From an uncultured Chloroflexia bacterium (GTDB lineage: Bacteria; Chloroflexota; Limnocylindria; Limnocylindrales; CSP1-4), in assembly GCA_963768655.1 (NCBI GenBank), contig CAVYIM010000004.1:256001-320000 (forward strand): a DNA stretch of 64,000 bases, given 5' to 3'. This document shows, in pieces, positions 38,477-46,405 of the stretch. Under the pieces are notes generated by a model. The model ran no database searches. It was not told where the DNA came from and saw only the letters and a list, made by a program, of their open reading frames with translations. Within the stretch, counting starts at the first letter, position 1, and each line of letters starts with the position of its first letter. Made by a program: the position numbers and the translations under genes.

Positions 38477-39441
38477 CGCTGCCGCTCGGTCACGCCATGC
38501 GCGAAGTGTTCGGCGAGACCGTCGCCGAGCTGGCCGACACCGATCCCCGCATCGTCATGCTCGACGCCGACGTCGGCAGCTCCACGAGGGCTGACATCTT
38601 CGAGCACCGCCATCCGGATCGCTATCTCCAGATGGGCATCGCCGAGCAGAACATGCTCGGAGTGGCCGCCGGCCTGGCGACAGTGGGTCTGATCCCGTTC
38701 GTCAGCACGTTCGTCGCCTTCGCCGTGGTCAGGCCCCTGGACCAGATCCGCGTCCTGATCGCCCAGACGGGCTTGAACGTGAAGATAACTCCGAGCTACG
38801 CGGGGCTCTTCACCGGAGTGACCGGCAAGACGCACCTGATCGTGGACGACGTCTCGATCATGCGGGCGATGCCGGGCATGGTCACGGTCTGCCCGGCCGA
38901 TGACATCGAGGCGGCCCAGGCACTGCGGTGGTGCGCTTCCTACCAGGGGCCCGCCTACATCAGGCTCGTTCGCGACGCGACGCAGCGGCTCTTCGACGGC
39001 GCCTACGCGTTCGAGTTCGGGCGGGCCGTCGTTGTCCGCGAGGGTCGCGACGTGACGCTGATCAGCACCGGCACGCAGACGCCGCGCGTCGTCGACGCCG
39101 CGGAGATGCTTGCCGCGCAGGGCATCGAAGCGCACGTCCTCCACGTTCCGACGATCAAGCCACTCGACGTGCCGGCGATCGTCGCAGCCGCGGCCAGGAC
39201 CGGCTGCGTGGTCACCGTGGAAGAGCACACGGTCATCGGCGGTCTCGGCGGCGCCGTAGCCGAGGCCCTGTCCGAGCATCGCCCGACCCTGGTCAAACGG
39301 CTGGGCATGCAGGACGTCTTCGGCGAGTCGGCATCCAACGCGGCGCTGCTCGAGCTGTACGGCCTGTCCGCGGCCCGCGTATCGGAACAGGTCGCGGCGA
39401 TCTGCCGAGCCAGAGGAAAGGAGGCGGCCGCGCGGAGTTGA
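38473..39441 (+). CDS. Transketolase C-terminal subunit
   Basis: GIAEQNM, DQIR, GKTH, GPAYIRL, TIKPLD, TVEEH..GGLG; ATGA overlap. Confidence 0.93.
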   Translation: MTLPLGHAMREVFGETVAELADTDPRIVMLDADVGSSTRADIFEHRHPDRYLQMGIAEQNMLGVAAGLATVGLIPFVSTFVAFAVVRPLDQIRVLIAQTGLNVKITPSYAGLFTGVTGKTHLIVDDVSIMRAMPGMVTVCPADDIEAAQALRWCASYQGPAYIRLVRDATQRLFDGAYAFEFGRAVVVREGRDVTLISTGTQTPRVVDAAEMLAAQGIEAHVLHVPTIKPLDVPAIVAAAARTGCVVTVEEHTVIGGLGGAVAEALSEHRPTLVKRLGMQDVFGESASNAALLELYGLSAARVSEQVAAICRARGKEAAARS

Positions 39442-39457
39442 ACTCGCATCAGGGCAT

Positions 39458-39480
39458 GCCGCCGTCCATCGAACGGCGGC
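39458..39480 (+). terminator. Stem-loop after the transketolase genes
   Basis: GCCGCCGT (39458-39465) and ACGGCGGC (39473-39480), 7-nt loop; no U-tract. Confidence 0.3.
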
Positions 39481-39876
39481 CAACGGTCGGAACCCGCCAA
39501 CTTGCCCCGGAGGAGACAACCTTGCGATCGCCGGCCCGTAGATACGCGGGACCGGGTCGCATGCGTCGAGGATCAGCATGGTCGGCCGGGCCCCCAGGCC
39601 TTTGCGGTCGACCTCGGTTCACGACGGCCCGCCTTCGATCCCGCCTCGGGATCCTGACGGACACAGGTCGGATCGCCATAGCGTGCCCTGCAGGCTCGGC
39701 GGCCTTCCCTCGCAGCCGTGAGTCCTGCCCAAGCGGCAGCCAATCTGGATCGGCCGTCCGCACTGGCCGCCTCGCTTCCCGATGCGCAATGCGCTCGGCG
39801 TCGACGGACGGCGGTCGAAGCATCTGGCGCGGGCGATGTTCGCGGGCCCGCATCCAAAACGCGTGAAGGAGAGGCA

Positions 39877-41088
39877 ATGTCGAAGACCGTCTTGTTGATC
39901 GGCACGCTGGATACCAAGGGCCGAGAGTACGCCTACGTCCGCGACCTGATCCGGGCTCGCGGGCTGAACACATTCGTGCTGGACGCCGGGGTCCTGGGCG
40001 AACCGGTGTTCACGCCCGACAGCCCCGCCGCCCTCACTGCCGAAGCCGGCGGGGGCTCGCTCGCCGAGCTCCGCGAGCGGCACGATAGAGGCCACGCGAT
40101 CGAGATCATGGGTCTGGGCGCGCGCGTCCTCGCGGTCAAGCTCGCCGCCGAGGGCAAGTTCGACGGCGTCATCGCCATGGGCGGCTCGGGTGGCACGTCC
40201 ATCGGGAGCACAGCCATGGCGGCGCTTCCGGTGGGCATGCCCAAGTTGATCGTGTCAACCATGGCCTCGGGCGACGTCGGCCCATACGTCGGCGTCAAGG
40301 ACATCACGATGATGTACTCCGTCGTCGACGTGTCCGGGCTCAACCGCCTGTCCCGCCGGATCTTCGCCAACGCCGCCGGGGCCATCGGCGGCATGGTCGA
40401 GCAGACGATGCCGAAGGCCGAGGACAAGCGGCTCATCGGCGCCACGATGTTCGGCGTCACGACGCCGTGCGTCGACCGTGTGCGGGCGCGATTTGAGGCA
40501 GAAGGCTACGAGATGCTCGTCTTCCACGCGGTCGGAAGCGGCGGCCGCTCCTTCGAGGCGCTGATCACGGACGGCGTCTTCGACGGAGTCGTGGACGCAA
40601 CGACGACAGAGTGGTGCGACGAGCTGGTCGGCGGCGTCCTGTCGGCCGGACCGGAGCGCCTGGATGCCGCCGCCAAGAAGGGCATCCCGCAGGTCGTCTC
40701 GCTCGGCGCACTCGACATGGTGAACTTCGGCCCGAGAGACACGCTTCCGGCCAAGTTCGAGAAGCGGAACATCTACATCCACAACCCGGAAGTGACACTC
40801 ATGCGCACAACGCCCGAAGAGTGCGCGAAGCTCGGCGAGATCATCGCCAAGAAGCTCAACAAGACCACCGGGCCCACCGCGCTGTTCGTGCCCCTCAAGG
40901 GCGTGAGCGCGATCGACGTCGAGGGCGGGCCTTTCTACGATCCCGCCGCGGACAAGGCGCTCTTCGAGGCCATTCGCAAACACATCGATCGCTCGAAGGT
41001 CGATCTGGTCGAGCTCGACCTCGCCATCAACGATCCCGCTTTCGCCGACGCGATGGTCGACCGCCTGCAGAAGATGCTCAAGAAGTAA
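39877..41088 (+). CDS. Tm-1-like ATP-binding domain protein (UPF0261)
   Basis: IGTLDTKGRE, GGSGGT, LPVGMPKLIVST, SVVDVSGLN, TMFGVTTPCV, FHAVGSGG, GALDMVNFG, HNPEVTLMRT. Confidence 0.92.
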   Translation: MSKTVLLIGTLDTKGREYAYVRDLIRARGLNTFVLDAGVLGEPVFTPDSPAALTAEAGGGSLAELRERHDRGHAIEIMGLGARVLAVKLAAEGKFDGVIAMGGSGGTSIGSTAMAALPVGMPKLIVSTMASGDVGPYVGVKDITMMYSVVDVSGLNRLSRRIFANAAGAIGGMVEQTMPKAEDKRLIGATMFGVTTPCVDRVRARFEAEGYEMLVFHAVGSGGRSFEALITDGVFDGVVDATTTEWCDELVGGVLSAGPERLDAAAKKGIPQVVSLGALDMVNFGPRDTLPAKFEKRNIYIHNPEVTLMRTTPEECAKLGEIIAKKLNKTTGPTALFVPLKGVSAIDVEGGPFYDPAADKALFEAIRKHIDRSKVDLVELDLAINDPAFADAMVDRLQKMLKK

Positions 41089-41130
41089 GGGCAGCCAGAC
41101 ACCCAGGAAATCGCCAAAGGAGGAAGGGCC

Positions 41131-41979
41131 ATGCCATTCATCGCGCGCGCCGAAGTCGTGCGGCGACTCCGTGCGCAGGCTGCCACCGGCAAGCCGATCG
41201 TGGGCTGCGGTGCCGGCACTGGCATCTCGGCCAAGATGGCCGAGGCCGGCGGCTGTGACCTGATCATCATCTACAACTCGGGACGCTACCGGATGGCCGG
41301 CCGAGGCTCCCTCGCCGGCTTACTCGCCTACGGCGACGCCAATGGCATCGTCGTCGAGATGGCCTCCGAGGTGCTGCCGGTCGTCAAGGACGTGCCAGTC
41401 CTGGCGGGCGTCAACGGTACCGACCCGTTCCGGCTCATGCCGGTCTTTCTCAAGCAGCTCAAGGAAATCGGCTTCGACGGCGTCCAGAACTTCCCGACCG
41501 TCGGCCTCATCGACGGCGGCTTCCGGGCCAACCTGGAAGCGACCGGGATGGGCTACGACAAGGAGATCGAGACGATCCGGCTGGCGCACGAGATCGATCT
41601 CTTCACCTCCCCGTACGTCTTCAATGCAGACGACGCGAAGGCAATGGCCAAGGCCGGCGCCGACCAGTTGGTGGCCCACGTCGGCCTCACCACGGCCGGA
41701 ACCATCGGCGCCGGAGTGGCCCTGACACTGGACCAGGCGATCGACCGAGTCATGGCGGTGGTCGAGGCCGGACGGTCGGTCCGCTCGGATATCCTCGTCC
41801 TTTGCCACGGCGGGCCCTTCGACGAGCCCGAGAACGTGGGCGTAGCGCTGGCGCGGATGCCGGGCGTCCAGGGTTTCTTCGGTGCTTCCAGCATCGAACG
41901 CCTGCCCACCGAGCGTGGGATCCGCGCACAGGTGGAGGAGTTCAAGCGGCTGAAGGTCGCCCCCGCCCCCAGGGCGTAG
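41131..41979 (+). CDS. TIM-barrel signal transduction / PEP hydrolase-family protein
   Basis: [70 protein letters not shown]. Confidence 0.92.
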   Translation: MPFIARAEVVRRLRAQAATGKPIVGCGAGTGISAKMAEAGGCDLIIIYNSGRYRMAGRGSLAGLLAYGDANGIVVEMASEVLPVVKDVPVLAGVNGTDPFRLMPVFLKQLKEIGFDGVQNFPTVGLIDGGFRANLEATGMGYDKEIETIRLAHEIDLFTSPYVFNADDAKAMAKAGADQLVAHVGLTTAGTIGAGVALTLDQAIDRVMAVVEAGRSVRSDILVLCHGGPFDEPENVGVALARMPGVQGFFGASSIERLPTERGIRAQVEEFKRLKVAPAPRA

Positions 41980-42103
41980 GCAGACGGGCCGGGTTCATCG
42001 GAAGGCGGCGGGCCCTGAGGATCGGCGACCCGCCGCCTGGTCTTGTGGCCAGCCGGTGCGCGTGGGGAGCGTCGCCGGCGGCACTGATAGGAGGCTCTGA
42101 TCG

Positions 42104-42841
42104 ATGGAGATCGACGTCGCGCTCGTGCCGATGGTGGCTCGCGCCTGGAAAGCCACCGTCTGTATCGTCATCGACGAACTGCGCGCGAGCTCCACCATCA
42201 CTACGATCCTGGACGGGGGCTGTTCTCGGCTGTACGTCACAGCCGGCCTGGATGCGGCACGGCGCCTCGCCCGGCAGCACGATGGTCTGCTCGTCGGCGA
42301 ACGGGGCGGCTCGGCGCCGGCGGGTTTCGACTTCGATAACTCGCCAGCCGCCCTGTCGCGCGCCGACCTGAAAGGCAGGGTCGTGATCCTTTCCACATCC
42401 AACGGAACCAGAGTGCTGGGCTGGGTAAGGGACGCGCCCGCGACCCTGGTCGGCTGCCTGCTGAACGCCCGCGCCTGTGCCGAGGCGGCGCTGGAACTGG
42501 CCGGCTCCTTGAATGCTCGAATTGGCATCGTGTGTGCGGGCACGCTGGGTGTCTTCGCGCTGGACGACGGGATCACGGCAGGCGTCATCGTGGAGCGCCT
42601 CGTGGAGACGATCGCGTCGCGGGGCGGCGTCTACGAACTGACGGAGGCCGCGGTGGCGGCCGTGCAGCTGCGAGCCAGCTATGGCGATCTGTTGACTCCA
42701 CTCCAGAGCTCGGTATCAGGCAGGCTGCTGGCCAGACTGGGCACCCACGACGACGTTCCCTTCTGCGCCCGGCCGGACGTCAGCACGACCGTCCCGATCC
42801 TGCGCCCGGTTTCGCCGCTCGTCGTCGAGCCCTTCGTGTAG
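42104..42841 (+). CDS. 2-phosphosulfolactate phosphatase (ComB)-family phosphatase
   Basis: VIDELRASSTI, GERGG..GFDFDNSP, STSNGT, LLNA, CAG..G.FALDD. Confidence 0.88.
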   Translation: MEIDVALVPMVARAWKATVCIVIDELRASSTITTILDGGCSRLYVTAGLDAARRLARQHDGLLVGERGGSAPAGFDFDNSPAALSRADLKGRVVILSTSNGTRVLGWVRDAPATLVGCLLNARACAEAALELAGSLNARIGIVCAGTLGVFALDDGITAGVIVERLVETIASRGGVYELTEAAVAAVQLRASYGDLLTPLQSSVSGRLLARLGTHDDVPFCARPDVSTTVPILRPVSPLVVEPFV

Positions 42842-42895
42842 CTGCCGCGTCTCCTGAGATCCGGTCTCGGGAGCTGGACACGGCAGCTCCGGCGT

Positions 42896-43177
42896 CTATC
42901 GCCGCCCCGCGTGGACCGTTATGTCGACGCGTTCTTGATCAGAGTCTGGGCGGTCCTCGCCGGCCACCACCTGGACCGCGAAAGGCGGAAGGTATGGGTT
43001 GCGAAACTTGCGAACCCCTTCCTCGAGCCTCTTCACGCTACTGGCGGCTTCCACCACGGCCGCGACGTGCGATACGATCTGGTCCTGGATTGGCGGCATG
43101 ATGTCATCGCCGACTGAAAGCCTGACGGTCTTGTAGCCCTCCCACGGCCACGGCCACTCGCGCGTCCGGGTTCCCAT
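42896..43177 (-). CDS. Small hypothetical protein (93 aa)
   Basis: GAGGAG RBS upstream of ATG 43177, protein-like composition; no recognised motif. Confidence 0.5.
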   Translation of the reverse strand: MGTRTREWPWPWEGYKTVRLSVGDDIMPPIQDQIVSHVAAVVEAASSVKRLEEGVRKFRNPYLPPFAVQVVAGEDRPDSDQERVDITVHAGRR

Positions 43178-43434
43178 TGCGGCATCTCCTCATGATCGAA
43201 CGCACGCGAGTCTACGACCGGGCGGCTTTCCTCCGTGGACTGTCTCAGCCCACGAGCGCTGGCCGACCGGTCGACCAGCTCGGGAACCTGGTCTGGGACG
43301 AGTTCACGATGGGCCAAGGGCCCAAGCAGGCCAGTCGAGCGGCCGCGTCGGGGGCGGGCCTCGCGTACTGGGTTCGCCGTGCGTCGGGTGCGCTGCAGGA
43401 CCATGCCGGTGGCCTTCGGATCGAGCACCGACTA

Positions 43435-44328
43435 TCAGAGCGCCCGCGGTTCGATCGCGTGGACTCGTGGGACGACGTCGCGACCGAGGGCTTCGATGTT
43501 GCGAATGTCCCAAGTGTCGACGACGGTGACGATGACGTGCTGGACGCCGACAAGGGCCATCCGGCCGAAGCGGTCGACGATCTCGTCGGCTGCCTCACGA
43601 CCGAGGTCAACCGATTGCAGGGTCGTCCGCTCGATCTCAGAGAAAGCCCGACCGATCTCGTCACAGTGCTCGCGCAGGACCGCGAACTTGTGGGTCAGCT
43701 GGTCGGGGTCGCCGTACGGGTTGCAGGCGTCTGCGTACCTGGCCACCAGGCGCAGGGTCTTCCGCTCGCCGCTGCCGCCGATGATGACTCTCGGGTGTGG
43801 TTTGCTGAGTGACTGCGGCGAATTGAGCAATCGCGTCGCCTGATAGTGCTTGCCATCGAAAGCCGCCTGGGATCCGTGCTCGCCCTGCCACATCTCGAGG
43901 CAGATCTGGAGCGTCTCCTCGACCATCTCGAACCGTGTTTCCAGCGATGGCATCGGGAAACCCAGGCCGCGGCTTTCCTCCTCGTTCCAGCCGGCGCCGA
44001 TGCCGAAGTAGGCGCGCCCGCCGGTAAGGATATCCAATGTCGTTGCCGCCTTTGCCCACAGCGCCGCCTGGCGGGTGTGAACCGCGCCGACGAGCATGCC
44101 CAGCGTCGCTCTCGTCGACCGGGCCGCCATGTAGCCGAGCGCGGTGCAGGCCTCGAGCACCGGCTCCTCGGGCCGGCCGATATTGGGGACCTGGTAGAAG
44201 TGGTCGTTCAGCCAGATGGAGTCCAGGCCCGCCGCGTCGGCCGCCTCTGCGATACGGGTCAGGGTCGGGCCAATGGCGGCGTCGCCGCCAGGCCAGGTGA
44301 ACGACGGGATTTGAAGACCGATCTTCAC
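43435..44328 (-). CDS. LLM-class (probably F420-dependent) oxidoreductase
   Basis: MKIGLQIPSFTWPGG, DSIWLNDHFYQ, GIGAGWNEEE, IGGSGERKTLRLVARYADACN. Confidence 0.9.
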   Translation of the reverse strand: MKIGLQIPSFTWPGGDAAIGPTLTRIAEAADAAGLDSIWLNDHFYQVPNIGRPEEPVLEACTALGYMAARSTRATLGMLVGAVHTRQAALWAKAATTLDILTGGRAYFGIGAGWNEEESRGLGFPMPSLETRFEMVEETLQICLEMWQGEHGSQAAFDGKHYQATRLLNSPQSLSKPHPRVIIGGSGERKTLRLVARYADACNPYGDPDQLTHKFAVLREHCDEIGRAFSEIERTTLQSVDLGREAADEIVDRFGRMALVGVQHVIVTVVDTWDIRNIEALGRDVVPRVHAIEPRAL

Positions 44329-44344
44329 GCCGACACTCCCGCGG

Positions 44345-44554
44345 CTAGAAGTCGGTGATCCTGGTCGCCCGGTCGAGGTACTTCGCGCGGAACTGCGCGT
44401 TGAGGCGCAGGACCTCGGCCTCGGGCCCGACGAAGGAACAGCGCAGGCAGTAGTACTCGCCCCGGGCCGTGTCGAAGAGCATGTCCATGTCGATCTCCCG
44501 CATCAGGCAACGCGGGCAGCGGTAGTTCAGCTTGCCTTTTCGACCTTGAGCCAT
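44345..44554 (-). CDS. Small Zn-ribbon protein (69 aa)
   Basis: MAQGRKGKLNYRCPRC...EYYCLRC with two CxxC pairs; start overlaps the upstream gene. Confidence 0.75.
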   Translation of the reverse strand: MAQGRKGKLNYRCPRCLMREIDMDMLFDTARGEYYCLRCSFVGPEAEVLRLNAQFRAKYLDRATRITDF

Positions 44555-46359
44555 GTGCGCAGTTCTCCAGTCCCGCGGACGGTCTTGGTGATGCCCAGGG
44601 TGAACATCGGCGAGAACGCCATGCCCTCGCGCAGGTAGCCTGCCGCATCGGGCGAGTCCGAGCGCATCGAGAGCCGGGTATCCAGCTGGGGCACCAGGGC
44701 CTCGGCGGAGATCACACCTGCGACGGTCGCCTCGCGGCACCGATAGGCATAGTCGATCGATGCGGAGCCGGACTGCCCCTGCAGGCCGAGGCGCACGCCG
44801 GTGAGATCCTCGGGATACTCGGTCGTGCCGTAGCAGGCGGTGACGTACTCGTCGAGCTCGACCTCGGCATCAGGGTCGCTCGAACGCACGATCCGGCGCA
44901 CGATCTCGATCTCGCCGCTGCCCTCGACCAGGCGGAAGATCGAGACCACGCCGATGCTGAAGCGCTCGAACTCGATGTCCACCGGATCGAGAGTCAGGAC
45001 GCGGGTGTCGCCCGCCTCGGAGAAGGAGGCGTGGGTGCGGCAGGCGCACAGGTCGACCTCCTCGCCGCCATGGCGGAAGCGGGCGCTCTTGATGGCGCCC
45101 TCGCCGGCGTAGTGGGTGAAGTAGCCGGCCCGGTAGAGCGACTGGACCAGGAAGGGGTAGGAAGCGTCCGCGATGTGGGCCGTACCCACGCCGCAGGGCC
45201 GCACGAGCTTGGCCGCGTAGGGCCGCAGGTCGATCAACGCGCCGCCCTGGTTCATGTCCAGGCAGAACCGCATCGCCGGATCGGCGAACCAGAACTGCTG
45301 GCGCTCCGAGCCATACAGGATGTCGCGCCAGAGCGTGCATTCGGGCCGGCTGTACGGACGACCCGCCCGGTAGGCGTCGGCGAACTCGCTCAGCGTGAGA
45401 TCGAGCGCCTGGCCTTCGGCCTTGAGCCGGCCGTAGTAGGCCATGCCGTCTTGGTAGCTCTTGCGCAGGAAGTCGTAGTCGGCCTCCCAGCGGCCGCCCT
45501 TGCTCATCCAGCCCGGGCCCACGAACATCATGTTGTAGGCGTAGCCGCGGTTGTAGGCCGCCATGGCCCGGTACTGATCCACTAGGTTGGCGAAGTAGGG
45601 GATCTCGCGGTCCTCGTAGACCATGCCCCGCAGGATGTTCTGGGGGTGGGTGCCGTAGTAGGAACCCGGGCCGTCGAACACGGCCATGAGGTCGCGCGAG
45701 AGGTGCGGGACGGCGACGATGCCGATGTCGTCGGACTCGTCCGAGGCGGGGCAGTGGATGTTGCGCCGCGAGGGTATCCAGGGGTTCCAGGGGCCGCCGT
45801 CTAGAAGGGTGTACCAGGAGTTGTTGGCGTTGTGGTAGGCCTTGGGCCCCTCTTCCCAGCACGTGGCCACCGCGGCCTTGACCGCCGGATAGCGCTCTTT
45901 GATGTAGTTGACCAGCTCCGCGTCCATGTAGTAGGAGCCGGTCGAGGTCGGGGCGAAGCCGAAGACCGCCTCGAACCTGCCGAAGACCTCGTCGACGATG
46001 GCGCGCTTGTCCGCCATCGAGAAGAGCCAGATGGCGAGCTCTCTTGAGTGGAACTTCTCGCGGAACTGGGCGCACTGCAGGCCCAGGAACGTCAGGCCGA
46101 TCTCGTCGCCGTACTGCTCGTGGTCCGCCCTGGCCATGGCCACGGCCGCCTCGTTGAAGAGGCTCGCGTAGGTCATCTGGATCGTCGTTCGGATGCCGTT
46201 TTGGTGGGCGATGCGCTGCTGCGTGCGGAAGATGTCCAGCGACTCGCGGATGACGGCGCTGCGCGCGAGATCCTCGGCCTTGCCCTCCTGCGCCTCGCGC
46301 TGGAGGTACTCGGGCACCATCTCGGGCCGGTGGATCACGGTCAGGTAGAAGGTCGTCAT
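44527..46359 (-). CDS. Hypothetical 610-aa protein, putative GH57/GH38/deacetylase-like barrel (DUF3863-like) plus beta-rich C-terminal domain
   Basis: Strong codon bias; GDEIG...IVDEVFGRFEAVFGFAPTSTGSYYMD and GGPWNPWIPS..NIHCPA resemble NodB/GH57-type barrels; no signal peptide. Confidence 0.6.
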   Translation of the reverse strand: MTTFYLTVIHRPEMVPEYLQREAQEGKAEDLARSAVIRESLDIFRTQQRIAHQNGIRTTIQMTYASLFNEAAVAMARADHEQYGDEIGLTFLGLQCAQFREKFHSRELAIWLFSMADKRAIVDEVFGRFEAVFGFAPTSTGSYYMDAELVNYIKERYPAVKAAVATCWEEGPKAYHNANNSWYTLLDGGPWNPWIPSRRNIHCPASDESDDIGIVAVPHLSRDLMAVFDGPGSYYGTHPQNILRGMVYEDREIPYFANLVDQYRAMAAYNRGYAYNMMFVGPGWMSKGGRWEADYDFLRKSYQDGMAYYGRLKAEGQALDLTLSEFADAYRAGRPYSRPECTLWRDILYGSERQQFWFADPAMRFCLDMNQGGALIDLRPYAAKLVRPCGVGTAHIADASYPFLVQSLYRAGYFTHYAGEGAIKSARFRHGGEEVDLCACRTHASFSEAGDTRVLTLDPVDIEFERFSIGVVSIFRLVEGSGEIEIVRRIVRSSDPDAEVELDEYVTACYGTTEYPEDLTGVRLGLQGQSGSASIDYAYRCREATVAGVISAEALVPQLDTRLSMRSDSPDAAGYLREGMAFSPMFTLGITKTVRGTGELRTWLKVEKAS

Positions 46360-46405
46360 CGAAGTCCTGTGTGCGTGAGTCGGTGATGCGAAGAAACCGG
46401 GAGTG

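Noticed and set aside
39481-39876. Small gene after GGAGGAG plus TTG near 39522
   Set aside because: The translation is Arg/Ser/Gly-rich with poor codon bias and no motif; more likely non-coding
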